Source: Candidatus Aminicenantes bacterium (lineage in GTDB: Bacteria > Acidobacteriota > Aminicenantia > Aminicenantales > Saccharicenantaceae). From it: a stretch of DNA of 64,000 bases. Shown here one piece after another: positions 47,505 through 56,387 of this stretch. Below the pieces are notes generated by a model. It saw nothing but the letters and a program-made list of their open reading frames with translations. It was not told the origin of the DNA and did not search any database. The first letter of the stretch is position 1; the number at the start of each line of letters is the position of its first letter. The stretch spans positions 26,062 through 90,061 of the forward strand of contig CAWECI010000025.1 in NCBI GenBank assembly GCA_963807525.1. Reading direction: 5' to 3'. The position numbers were made by a program, and so were the translations under genes.

Positions 47505-48802
47505 GGTGCTTCCCCAGTCCCGACGCCTCCGGCAAGAGGCACATCCAGAGTGAACGCGGCCCCCCGGCCCGGTGAGGAAGAAACGCCGAGGGCGCCGCCC
47601 AGGATCCTCAGACGCTCCCTGATGCTGAATAAGCCAAACCCTCCGTGATCGTCCATCGACGCCGCTTCGCGCGAGGCGTCAAAACCCTCACCGTCGTCCC
47701 GGACCTCGACCCTGAGCGCCGCCGGCAGCTGGGCCAGGTGGACCCGCACGGACGAGGCCCTGGCATGCTTGGCGGCGTTCAAGAGAAGCTCTTGGACCGA
47801 GCGGAATATGGTGATCTGGATGTCGTCGGGGATGGACGGCCCCGATCCCTCGGATGTCATCTCGGCCCGGAGCCCGTGCTTTTTTTGAAACTGCCGGCAA
47901 AGCCACTGCAGGGCCGGTCCCAGGCCCAGATCATAGAGCACGGGTGGGCTGATCTCGAAGGTCAGGGTCCGGGCGCTCTGGATGGTCTGGTCCAAGAGTG
48001 CCAGCGTATCTTCGATGTCTTTTTCCATGCCGCTGAACATGGCCGTGCTCTGCATCTGCCGGAGGCGAGCCCGGATCACGGCCAATGCCTGGCCGATATG
48101 ATCATGAAGGTCGGAGGCGATGGCCCGGCGTTCCCGCTCTTCCGCCAGGGTCAATTCCGACGCTAGGCGCCTGAGCTGGGCTTGGGAATGCCTGATGGCC
48201 TCCTCCGCCCTCATACGCTCGGAGATCTCGTCCCGAAGGGTCTGGTTTATCCGCTCGAGATCAGCGGTCCGGTCCTGGACCTGACATTCCAGATCTTTGT
48301 AGGCGTTCCTGGCCTTTTCCTCGGCCGCCTGGCGCTCGAAATAAGATGCCAGCATCTGGGCCAGCGATTGAATGAGCGCCCGTTCCTCTTTCAAGAAAGG
48401 CCCTTCGAAAATCACCGGTCTGTCCTCAAGGTAAACGACCTCGATCAGGCCCTCGACCCCTTCACCGGCAGAGAAGGCGGCGGTCTGCGACCAGGGGGTC
48501 CGGCGGAAGTTGGGCGTCGCCGTTTCGGCGTCGCCGAGGCTTATCTTGGCGGCGGTAATCTCCGGATATTGCCAAGCCGGAGGCAAGAGGGCGACGATCT
48601 CCTCTAAGATCATGGCCGGCGGTCTTCCCGCGCGCTCGAGGACGCGGGCCGCTCCGTGGAGCGCGCTCAACTCCTTGACGCGCTCTTTTAGCGCCCAGAC
48701 GACCTCATTTTTTTCCGCGGCGTTTTTGTCAAATGGGCTCGGGGGGTCTATCGGGAAGGACATAACCGGACTCATTGTATGCCAGGGTGTCGGAAATATC
48801 AA
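47501..48802 (-). CDS. cytoplasmic sensor histidine kinase (HisKA_3/NarX-type) with N-terminal GAF-like domain
   Basis: H-box ASDLHDHIGQALAVI, HATPase motifs; overlaps response regulator start by 4 nt. Confidence 0.75.
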   Translation of the reverse strand: MIFPTPWHTMSPVMSFPIDPPSPFDKNAAEKNEVVWALKERVKELSALHGAARVLERAGRPPAMILEEIVALLPPAWQYPEITAAKISLGDAETATPNFRRTPWSQTAAFSAGEGVEGLIEVVYLEDRPVIFEGPFLKEERALIQSLAQMLASYFERQAAEEKARNAYKDLECQVQDRTADLERINQTLRDEISERMRAEEAIRHSQAQLRRLASELTLAEERERRAIASDLHDHIGQALAVIRARLRQMQSTAMFSGMEKDIEDTLALLDQTIQSARTLTFEISPPVLYDLGLGPALQWLCRQFQKKHGLRAEMTSEGSGPSIPDDIQITIFRSVQELLLNAAKHARASSVRVHLAQLPAALRVEVRDDGEGFDASREAASMDDHGGFGLFSIRERLRILGGALGVSSSPGRGAAFTLDVPLAGGVGTGEAP

Positions 48803-48944
48803 TGAATTGAACCGGTCCGCTCCAGTGGTCCCGGGGGTCCCTGCCTCTCTTGGGCAAAGGCTGTGCTCAGTTGCCAGACAATCAAACAGACAAACTGCTC
48901 CGCCGCGTCATCGACAACTCACAGAGTATTCCGAATCCCCCATA

Positions 48945-50777
48945 TTATTTATTTGTGTTCTTGAGCTTCACTGTGCGCTTCTCCCAATGATGGAACTTCG
49001 TCCAACGATCAAGCGCGGCCTTTGAGTTCTTTGTCGACTCTCCCTCTAAGAGGGCATTAATCCTTGACCAGGTAAGGTCTTGGGCATAGGACAGGTGCAT
49101 GATCCAGCGGAGCTCGCTCAGCGTGGGCGTCTCGAATGAGGGATCGATGGCTTGCCATTCCTTGAGGGCCTGCGCCTCCATGCGGTTGTCCCAAAAGAGG
49201 CCGCCCATCGCATATCTGGCCCGGCTCCCGGTCTTGCCGCCTTGCTCGATCAGAAGCCGGTAGATCCGTTCCTGCTCATCAACATAATCCTGGAGAACAG
49301 CATCAATTCTTTCAAGGCCGCGATGTCCGAGGGCCGAAGCGAGATCACGGTGGATCCCGCCGAGTACAAAGGCTTTTGCCCGTCTGTCGAAGACCTCGGC
49401 TCGGCCCCCGAAGTGACCTGCGAGCACGTCCTCTATCTCATAGACCGAATCGGTAAGATAGGCCAGGGCCCGGCGTTCGAAGTCGTAGAGCGAGGCTAGG
49501 AAAAATAGGATCTCGATCCCTGTGCGGCTGGTAAAGTTCTTAAGCCCATAGGAGATGAGGTCGCTCTGCGTCGTCTTGACATAAAAGAGCTCCTCAAGGA
49601 AGTCGAACGCCGTTGAAACCCGATTTCCCAAGTTGAAGGCTCCGGCGAGGTTCTCGTAAAGGAAACGCCGAGTGAGTTGGGCCAGAATGGGGTCGTTGAG
49701 GTCCCGGCCGACCAGGTATCTCTCCATGAACACCCGGACTTGTTCTCCGTCGTCGAGCTCCATCAGGTCGTCCAGGATCTTCGGGATATTCTTCTCGGAG
49801 AGCCCGGGCAGCTCGGGGAGCTTTTCCGCGGCGGTCGGTCCCTCACGCTTCGACGATGACGGCATATAGACGATCTTGATGGCGTCCGGCGGACCGGGAA
49901 TATCGGCCGAATTCGGGCGGCTGCCCGAAGCGTCCGCCTCCCTGGAAGATGCTGACTTAGCCGGGATCTCAAGCTTTGGGAAGCCCGACACGGTAAAGAA
50001 GACGCTCGCGCCGAGGGCGATCATGCCCTCATAAGGGCAACTCCTGTAATAGTATTCCTCGGGGACCCGGGTGAAGCCCGTGTCAGTGGGGATCTCGACC
50101 TCGTCGACGTGGCTCCTCTTGCTCGGCTCTTCATTTTCCGACCTTAGGGACGCGAGCCTTTTTAGAGTGGCAGAACCGGTTCGATAAAGGACGGGCCGCT
50201 CGTCGGGAGACGTCTTAAGAGGATAGAGAGTGTCTCCGCTCTCCGTTTTAATGGGACCCTGAAGATCTGTCCCCAGCGATAGCCCCCAGGGGGGATTATC
50301 CAACGCCGACAGCCCGGAGCGTCTTTCCTTGAGTTGCCCGAGAGAAGCCCGCATAAGAGAGCGGAAGATTTCCGTCTGTTCCCGTTGGCCGAGGCGAGGG
50401 TCGAGCTGGGGAGAGTGCTCGAAGATGTAATCGTAAAGGTCGTCATTGAGCGTGGCTAAAGCTTCTTTCAATACCTTTGCCTCCTGTGGATCAAGCTGCA
50501 TGCTTGCCACGGCCTGCTTGACAGCTTCCTTGCTCCGGCTGACTTGATTAGGCTTCAGAGGCCGTTGAGTGGCATATTGGGAAATCACCAATAGGCCAAG
50601 AATCGTGAGATGGAGGGTGAGTGACAGGATGACAGAGCTCGCGAATCGTGCTCTTAGATTTCGGAAATAGCTTAGACAACGGGAAGTGCATCTATACGGC
50701 CATGAACGCCGCGATACGAAACCGAACAGGTCATCAACCGGTTGACCCATCCTCCGGTCTCCATCTAACAAGATCAT
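48945..50777 (-). CDS. membrane-anchored hypothetical protein (610 aa), low GC
   Basis: single TM (SVILSLTLHLTILGLLVISQY) then large soluble domain without recognisable motifs; at edge of low-GC islet. Confidence 0.45.
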   Translation of the reverse strand: MILLDGDRRMGQPVDDLFGFVSRRSWPYRCTSRCLSYFRNLRARFASSVILSLTLHLTILGLLVISQYATQRPLKPNQVSRSKEAVKQAVASMQLDPQEAKVLKEALATLNDDLYDYIFEHSPQLDPRLGQREQTEIFRSLMRASLGQLKERRSGLSALDNPPWGLSLGTDLQGPIKTESGDTLYPLKTSPDERPVLYRTGSATLKRLASLRSENEEPSKRSHVDEVEIPTDTGFTRVPEEYYYRSCPYEGMIALGASVFFTVSGFPKLEIPAKSASSREADASGSRPNSADIPGPPDAIKIVYMPSSSKREGPTAAEKLPELPGLSEKNIPKILDDLMELDDGEQVRVFMERYLVGRDLNDPILAQLTRRFLYENLAGAFNLGNRVSTAFDFLEELFYVKTTQSDLISYGLKNFTSRTGIEILFFLASLYDFERRALAYLTDSVYEIEDVLAGHFGGRAEVFDRRAKAFVLGGIHRDLASALGHRGLERIDAVLQDYVDEQERIYRLLIEQGGKTGSRARYAMGGLFWDNRMEAQALKEWQAIDPSFETPTLSELRWIMHLSYAQDLTWSRINALLEGESTKNSKAALDRWTKFHHWEKRTVKLKNTNK

Positions 50778-50865
50778 TATAACCCCTCGGGACCGGTACG
50801 CAAAACCTTATCTTAAGGCCGAGATAGCGGAGTTGACATAATTTCACGAGGGATGACTTCGGGGC

Positions 50866-51022
50866 CGCTAATTAGAAAACTTGCCCCTGGTTACGGTTCC
50901 GGACTGATAAGAAAGAGAGAGTTGGCCTTTATGGCATATCGCCGAATTCTCAGGGCAAAAGGGAGAAGGGGAGATGGCTGGGGAGCGAGGATTCGAACCT
51001 TGATTGCATGATCCAGATCATG
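50866..51022 (-). repeat. repeat copy A: degenerate 3' half of tRNA-Gln plus ~110 bp of its 3' flank (direct repeat of 55027-55219)
   Basis: ...GGGAGAAGGGGAGATGGCTGGGGAGCGAGGATTCGAACCTTGATTGCATGATCCAG matches copy C ...GGGAGAAGGGGAGTTGGCTGGGAAGCAAGGATTCGAACCTTGATTGCATGATCCAG; 5' half of tRNA absent. Confidence 0.75.
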
Positions 51023-51052
51023 AACGACTCCAGTTCCGTTGCTCGCGATGGG

Positions 51053-51784
51053 CTACCGGCCTAGAAGCCAAGCCTCTGAGCCTCTGAAAAAGAACATGAT
51101 GAGCAAAACGAGCACAAATAGTACCGGCAGCGTTATGGAATAATACGTCCCCATCTGAAGCTTAAGGGGCCTGGCGTCCATCTTCTTAAAGGTCAACCAG
51201 AAGGCCATACCGAAAGGAACGAGAAGAACTGCGGCGGAAACCAACTGTGGAACAAGCGAGCCTAAGTGACTGGCGAAGTTCCCTCCGAGCCTTGAAAGGA
51301 GGTAACCGAAGGTGTGCCCTCCTTGGAAAAAGATAAGGTACATAAGTACGACGCCGAAGACGTTGATAGCGATGGAGAAGACCCCGATGCTCAAGAAGAT
51401 CGAGCTGAAAAATAGGACAAGAATCGTGATGCCCGCATCGGCAAGAAGGGTTCGGCCGACGATAATCGTCGCCGCTAAGCCCAATACCATGAGAAGTCCG
51501 AAACGAGGCAGGATCTTTGCCAGGATGACCTTCCTTCGAGTCACCGGCAGTGAGAACAGATACTCGAACGCCCGATCTTTTCTCTCCGTTTGAAAGATCG
51601 TCGCCCCGGCATAAATGGAATATATGACGAGCGTAAGAATGAACCCTGTATTAATAAGGCTGGCGTAGTCGAGCCCCACTTTAAAGACCAGCCTATCTCC
51701 TATATACATAAAAGGGATAACGGCAAGGACCACCAAGCTCTCAACAAACCTCTTCAGAGCATCCCGGACTTCTTTTCTAATCAT
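51053..51784 (-). CDS. ABC-2-type transporter permease / polytopic membrane protein
   Basis: 243 aa, ~6 TM helices, overlaps upstream ABC ATPase gene by 8 nt; ~45% GC. Confidence 0.5.
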   Translation of the reverse strand: MIRKEVRDALKRFVESLVVLAVIPFMYIGDRLVFKVGLDYASLINTGFILTLVIYSIYAGATIFQTERKDRAFEYLFSLPVTRRKVILAKILPRFGLLMVLGLAATIIVGRTLLADAGITILVLFFSSIFLSIGVFSIAINVFGVVLMYLIFFQGGHTFGYLLSRLGGNFASHLGSLVPQLVSAAVLLVPFGMAFWLTFKKMDARPLKLQMGTYYSITLPVLFVLVLLIMFFFRGSEAWLLGR

Positions 51785-52601
51785 ATTCGCCTCCTATGAA
51801 AGCCGAGACGATTTCCGTGAGATTTAGATCAATTATGTCACCCTCGATCGTCCCTCGGAGACCGTTGTCAAAAGGGTAGACGAAGAACTCAGAATGCTCC
51901 GAGTAGTCAATTTGGGAGAGCACGTTCAGAGAATCTGGCCGGTTTCTGGCAACAATCCTCTTCACCTTGGACTTGAGGTCTTCAATATTCTCATCGACAG
52001 CGATTTCGCCTGATTTCAGGAGAATGACTCGTTCGATCAGGTGCTCAATATCGTGGAAATTCACATTGACCATGACCACCGTCACGCGGCGTTTGGAGAG
52101 GATCTGGACGATCTGCTCAAGGAAGACTCTTCGGAGGTATGCGTCAATCGAGTGGATGATCTCGTCGATCAACAGCACCGCTGGCTCTAGGGAGAGGATG
52201 AGGTTCAGATGAAAGATGGTCCTCTGGCCAATCGAAAGTTCGCGAACCTTTTGACCATAGCCGATCTTCGTATGCCGGACGAGTGAATCATCAAATGAGG
52301 AGAGACCATAAACCGACTTATGAAATCCGATGGCCTCGGCGATAGTCAAGCTCTCATAAAGGCTCAAAGCATCAGAGACGAAGCCGATCTTCCGCCGGGG
52401 ATCGGCACCCAGTTTAGTATCGTAACTGATTTTCCCATTATCTGGCCTCAGGACGCCGGCCATGAGGCGCAAGAGCGTGCTCTTGCCGACACCGTTGATG
52501 CCTGTGATAAGACAGACTTGGCCTTCGGGGATGCTGAGGCTAAGATCCCTGAAAACCCCAGTTTTTCCATAACTAAAGGACGCTCCCCTAATATCGATCA
52601 T
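51777..52601 (-). CDS. ABC transporter ATP-binding protein
   Basis: Walker A GINGVGKST, signature LSIGQRT, Walker B LLIDE. Confidence 0.8.
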   Translation of the reverse strand: MIDIRGASFSYGKTGVFRDLSLSIPEGQVCLITGINGVGKSTLLRLMAGVLRPDNGKISYDTKLGADPRRKIGFVSDALSLYESLTIAEAIGFHKSVYGLSSFDDSLVRHTKIGYGQKVRELSIGQRTIFHLNLILSLEPAVLLIDEIIHSIDAYLRRVFLEQIVQILSKRRVTVVMVNVNFHDIEHLIERVILLKSGEIAVDENIEDLKSKVKRIVARNRPDSLNVLSQIDYSEHSEFFVYPFDNGLRGTIEGDIIDLNLTEIVSAFIGGEYD

Positions 52602-53023
52602 TTCCGTGTTCCTTTCTCCTGGCGGACGGGGGTGCCGATATTTGTCATCGCGGCGACCTCCCGGAGTATTTGTTCCGCTGAGTAACCGAGCTCCAAGGCC
52701 TTCGAAATATATTCCTCCGTAACCGCCCTGAAAAGTTCAGGGCTGCCCTTGCGAAATCTAGCTGGGTCGAGTTTGACGTAATATCCGGCACCAGGCCGCG
52801 AATAAATGTAGCCTTCATTTTCGAGCTGCCAATAAACTTTGATGATTGTGTTAGGATTGACCATGAGCTTAAGGGCCATTTCCCTAAGCGTCATGAGTTG
52901 CTTTCCGTTTTCCCACCGCCCCGATAGGATGGCTAGCTTGATGGCCCGCTTGATCTGCTCATACGCCGGGACAGCAGACTTGGCGTCTATCTTGATTTGG
53001 CGAAATTCCTCCAGTCTTTCCAT
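52598..53023 (-). CDS. GntR family transcriptional regulator, YtrA-like short subfamily
   Basis: 141 aa; GntR HTH (MTLREMALKLMVNPNTIIKVYWQLENEGYIYSRPGAGYYV); directly upstream of ABC ATPase/permease as in ytrA operons. Confidence 0.8.
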   Translation of the reverse strand: MERLEEFRQIKIDAKSAVPAYEQIKRAIKLAILSGRWENGKQLMTLREMALKLMVNPNTIIKVYWQLENEGYIYSRPGAGYYVKLDPARFRKGSPELFRAVTEEYISKALELGYSAEQILREVAAMTNIGTPVRQEKGTRK

Positions 53024-53041
53024 TGCTATACTGATATAGCA
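53024..53041. promoter_or_regulatory. palindrome TGCTATA-ctga-TATAGCA immediately upstream of the GntR start; candidate autoregulatory operator
   Basis: 7-bp perfect inverted repeat read directly. Confidence 0.45.
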
Positions 53042-53144
53042 TAGTAGAGCACATTGTCAAGAGCTATTTTCGCTCACAGACTTGGCGATAGGTAAGAGCC
53101 TATCCTCTTTTTCCGGACCTCTCCCTATTTGTCTACAATTTGTC

Positions 53145-53265
53145 TGTGGCGTGCCCAAATAGGCTGAAAGCGCCGCTAAATTACGGTTTCGGACCGAAAA
53201 CGATGAGAGTCGGGTCTTATCGCAAGCCGTTGAAACCTCGGGAGCCAAGAGGGGAGGGTGGATAA
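53145..53265 (-). repeat. repeat copy B of the tRNA-Gln 3'-flank element (no recognisable tRNA part)
   Basis: GGCGTGCCCAAATAGGCTGAAAGCGCCGCTAAATTACGGTTTCGGACCGAAAACGA...TCGGGTCTTATCGCAAGCCGTTGAAACCTCGGGAGC ~85% identical to 55027-55135. Confidence 0.7.
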
Positions 53266-53471
53266 GTATCAAGGGATTGGACCCGACCATTAGCGCATTC
53301 ATTAACGGTATTCGGTATAAGTCAATCGAATCCGAGATTCAGGCACTTCAGCAACATGTCCGGGTCGCTGGGCCCAAATAGGGAGTCATTCCCTCAGACC
53401 ATCCCGCGCTTTACTCCGGTGGGTCCTTTTGGATAAAATCATTGTGCGCTTGTGAGGGCAAAGTGAAGGGA

Positions 53472-54134
53472 ATGGACGGTCGGCTAGTCTTGACGATTTT
53501 GGCCAGCTTTAGTGTGTTCTTGATAGCTGCAGGAATCGCTTCGACTAATCCTGCCGGCCCGTCCGATTCCGTCTTGCAAGCACTAATAGCCCTCTCGGTT
53601 TCGGCGCTGCTATTCATAGTCATCCGGCTTATCCTGTTTGTATGCCATCGAAAGCGGCATAGGCATGACCCTCCTCTCCTGACTGAATCTGGTGGCGGTC
53701 GCGCAGGCTTTTTTCATAGGAGATCGGCCATCCTCTTCATCGTCTTCCTGGTGGGGAGGTTTGCATTGGGTGCTCTGGTAAATAGTCGATTGAGTATCTC
53801 GACCCTTCTTATTATTTCATTCCATGTTCTGCTGACTGTCTCTTTAGGGTTTTTATATTCCCGCTGGGCTTATTCTGAAGAATACGTCCCGATCCTGGTT
53901 GCGCTGATTGTGACGGTTGCCGATTCCGCATTATATGCGTTTAATTACGCTAGTGATCCGTCCCATCAATTCAGATATGGGCCCGAAATTTTCTGGTTCG
54001 CGGCTTCCGGTGTGTCTGGGAGGCTAATGCTTGTCCCAATAATCTCGGTGATCATATGGGGGAGCTGGAAGTTGTCAGCGCCAAGGCAGACTATAGATAT
54101 AGCTGACCCACCAGCACTTATCGGGCTGAGCTAA
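53472..54134 (+). CDS. hypothetical polytopic membrane protein
   Basis: ~220 aa, 5-6 TM helices, low GC. Confidence 0.4.
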   Translation: MDGRLVLTILASFSVFLIAAGIASTNPAGPSDSVLQALIALSVSALLFIVIRLILFVCHRKRHRHDPPLLTESGGGRAGFFHRRSAILFIVFLVGRFALGALVNSRLSISTLLIISFHVLLTVSLGFLYSRWAYSEEYVPILVALIVTVADSALYAFNYASDPSHQFRYGPEIFWFAASGVSGRLMLVPIISVIIWGSWKLSAPRQTIDIADPPALIGLS

Positions 54135-54180
54135 AAAAGGGTGGGTTGGGGTGGGTGAGGGGAATTGAACCCCCAACCTT

Positions 54181-54214
54181 CGGGTCCGGAGTCCGACCCC
54201 CATTTTTTTTTCTA
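54181..54214 (+). terminator. rho-independent terminator (GGGTCCGGAGTCCGACCC hairpin + T9)
   Basis: read directly after membrane-protein gene; preceded by G-rich tract with tRNA T-arm-like GGGGAATTGAACCCC on the opposite strand. Confidence 0.55.
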
Positions 54215-54326
54215 GACCTTCCCTCTTTGCCCGCCATTTGTCTGTGGCGTGCCAAAGAGGAGCGGTACCTGCTTTGACTTTCATTGCCAGTTGAGGTCTT
54301 ATTTAGTTATCAAGACCAGGGAGGGA

Positions 54327-54890
54327 ATGATGAAAAAGTATCTCCGGGTTGTTCCGTTGGTCCTTCTTCTTTGTTTCGTCATCAACTGCCAAGACAAGGC
54401 GGCTATGGCAGAATTGGAAAAGTACAGGGCTCAAGCCGCCGTTGAGGGGCAAAACAAGGCCCTGGCGCTTCGCTGTGCGGATGCGTTTCAAAGGGGAGAT
54501 GTCGCTGCCCTAAAGGGTATCTTTTCTCCCGATTATGTTGGGTATTTACATGATAACATCGTACCCGATAACACCACCCGTACCCAAACCTATGAAATGG
54601 CGCTTGAATCCTGTAAGAATCTCTCGGCATCGTATTCTGATGTTGCCATAATCGTTGAAGAAACGATTGCAAAGGGAGACAAGGTAACAATTAGGTATAC
54701 TGCTAAAGGAACATATACAGGGGCTGACTTGGGTTTACGGGATGTGCGAAAGAAGATAGAGATAAGCGGTATTGCCATAGAACGGATTGAAAATGGGAAA
54801 ATTGTCGAAGTCTGGGACGCGGCAGATAGCTTGAGTTTCTTTAGACAACTTGGCGCTGAACTTACGCTAAATTTAGAAAAGAAGAAGTGA
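54327..54890 (+). CDS. SnoaL-like (NTF2 fold, ester-cyclase-like) lipoprotein
   Basis: start MMKKYLRVVPLVLLLCFVINC (lipobox) preceded by GGGAGGGA; SnoaL-like pattern ALALRCADAFQRGDVAALKGIFSPDYVGY...KVTIRYTAKGTYTG...VWD. Confidence 0.55.
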   Translation: MMKKYLRVVPLVLLLCFVINCQDKAAMAELEKYRAQAAVEGQNKALALRCADAFQRGDVAALKGIFSPDYVGYLHDNIVPDNTTRTQTYEMALESCKNLSASYSDVAIIVEETIAKGDKVTIRYTAKGTYTGADLGLRDVRKKIEISGIAIERIENGKIVEVWDAADSLSFFRQLGAELTLNLEKKK

Positions 54891-55026
54891 GCCATACCAC
54901 AGCATCCAACTCGCTGATCTTCTTGAGTCAACAGAGGGGAAAATAAAAGCGCGCCCGGGTGATTCGAACGTAGCCAGAGGGTCCCCTAGTTCCTAGCACT
55001 CTCCCTCAAACTCGCCGTGTGACCAT

Positions 55027-55145
55027 GGCGTGCCCAAACGGACTGGAAGCGCCGCTAAGTTACGGTTTCGGACTGAAAACGAAAGAGAGAGTCGGGTCTT
55101 ATCGCAAATCGTTGAATTCTCGGGAGCAAAAGGGAGAAGGGGAGT
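55027..55145 (-). repeat. repeat copy C: 3' flank of intact tRNA-Gln (reference copy of repeats A and B)
   Basis: see copies A/B. Confidence 0.7.
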
Positions 55146-55219
55146 TGGCTGGGAAGCAAGGATTCGAACCTTGATTGCATGATCCAGAGTCATGAGTCCT
55201 GCCGTTGGACGACTTCCCA
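55146..55219 (-). tRNA. tRNA-Gln (anticodon CUG), CCA encoded
   Basis: hand-folded: acceptor TGGGAAG/CTTCCCA, D-arm GTCC-AACGGCA-GGAC, anticodon arm CATGA-CTCTGGA-TCATG, T-arm CAAGG-TTCGAAT-CCTTG, discriminator G, CCA; resembles E. coli tRNA-Gln acceptor UGGG...CCCAGCCA. Confidence 0.8.
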
Positions 55220-55340
55220 GCAGGGAGGACTATCTTAAAGAAATCGGCGGGGAAATTCAAGTCGAAAATCGTCAGGGAAAGTCGATATCGAAAATAGGGG
55301 ACACGATCCCATTCCCCCCAGTTGAGGGGCCCCAGCCTTC

Positions 55341-56387
55341 ATGGTAAGATGCCCTCCCGTGAAGTCCAACGTCCTAAAGATCGTCCTCGGTCTCGTCCTG
55401 ACCCTGGCCCTGCTCTATTTCTTCGGGCGCAGCGTCGACTGGAAGGATGTCCCGGCCCAGATCACGCACGTCAGCATCCCCCTCTTCCTTCTGGCGGTCC
55501 TGCTCTCGGCCTCCCATTTCGTCTTTCGGGCGGCGCGCTGGCACGTCCTCGTGGCCCGGGAGAAGATCGACGTCCGCTTCCGGAACCTCGTCGCGGCCAA
55601 CGTCATCGGCTTCACCGTCACTTTCATCTTTCCTGGCCGCCTCGGCGAGCTGGTCAAGCCCTTATACCTGGCCCGGAAGGAGGGCCTGAGACCGGGCTTC
55701 ACGATCGGCACGGTCGTGGTCGAGCGCCTGTTCGACATGGCCACCATGTGCCTGCTCTTGGGCCTGTTCCTGATCTCGCGGCCCCTTTTCGCGGCGTCCT
55801 GGCCGATCGGCGAGGAGGCCGGCCGGCGTCTGACGTTCCTCGGGACGGTCGGCATCGCCATCGCCGCGGGCGCGCTCGTGGTCGTCCTTCTACTCTATTT
55901 TTACAGGGAGCGGGCCCTGAGGGTCATCGCCTTCCTCCTCCGTCCGTTGTCTGAGAAGGCCCGGCTGGCCGCCCTGAAACTCGTCGTCGAGTTCATCGAC
56001 GGGCTGCGCTTCTTCCGGACGCGGAGCCAGCTGGCCCTTTATTCCGTGATGTCGCTGGTCGTCTGGCTCGGCATCACGCTCTTCTATTGGGTTTTTTTCG
56101 CCGCCTATTACGTCCACCTGCCGTACTTCCTGGTCATTCCCTACGTGTTCCTGACCGCGGTCGGCGCCTCCATCCCGACGCCGGGCATGGTCGGCGGCTT
56201 CGACTACTTCAGCAAGCTCGGCATGGTCCTGGTCCTGGGGCTCGCGGCCGGCCCGGCCGCGGGCATCACCCTGGCCTTCCACGCCGTCCAGCTCGCCGTG
56301 ACTTGCGCCCTGGGATATGCTATATTGGCGCGGGAGGGGCTGACCGTCCTCCAGCTCAGGAAGTTGGGAGAGAGCGAAATCCGATGA
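55341..56387 (+). CDS. UPF0104 / lysylphosphatidylglycerol-synthase-TM-region-like (flippase-like) membrane protein
   Basis: 348 aa, ~8 TM helices, family call by recall of pattern (…GRLGELVKPLYLARKEGL…). Confidence 0.5.
   Translation: MVRCPPVKSNVLKIVLGLVLTLALLYFFGRSVDWKDVPAQITHVSIPLFLLAVLLSASHFVFRAARWHVLVAREKIDVRFRNLVAANVIGFTVTFIFPGRLGELVKPLYLARKEGLRPGFTIGTVVVERLFDMATMCLLLGLFLISRPLFAASWPIGEEAGRRLTFLGTVGIAIAAGALVVVLLLYFYRERALRVIAFLLRPLSEKARLAALKLVVEFIDGLRFFRTRSQLALYSVMSLVVWLGITLFYWVFFAAYYVHLPYFLVIPYVFLTAVGASIPTPGMVGGFDYFSKLGMVLVLGLAAGPAAGITLAFHAVQLAVTCALGYAILAREGLTVLQLRKLGESEIR

Noticed and set aside
50975-51022. Possible second tRNA-Gln gene
   Set aside because: Only the 3' ~48 nt (T-arm, acceptor 3' strand, CCA) is recognisable. 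The T-stem has a mismatch and no complementary 5' acceptor strand is present, so this is a remnant or repeat, not a gene.
54147-54178. tRNA-like T-arm GGGGGTTCAATTCCCC plus CACCCACCCCA on the minus strand
   Set aside because: No 5' acceptor, D or anticodon arms could be folded; probably a fragment or fortuitous G-rich tract adjacent to a terminator.
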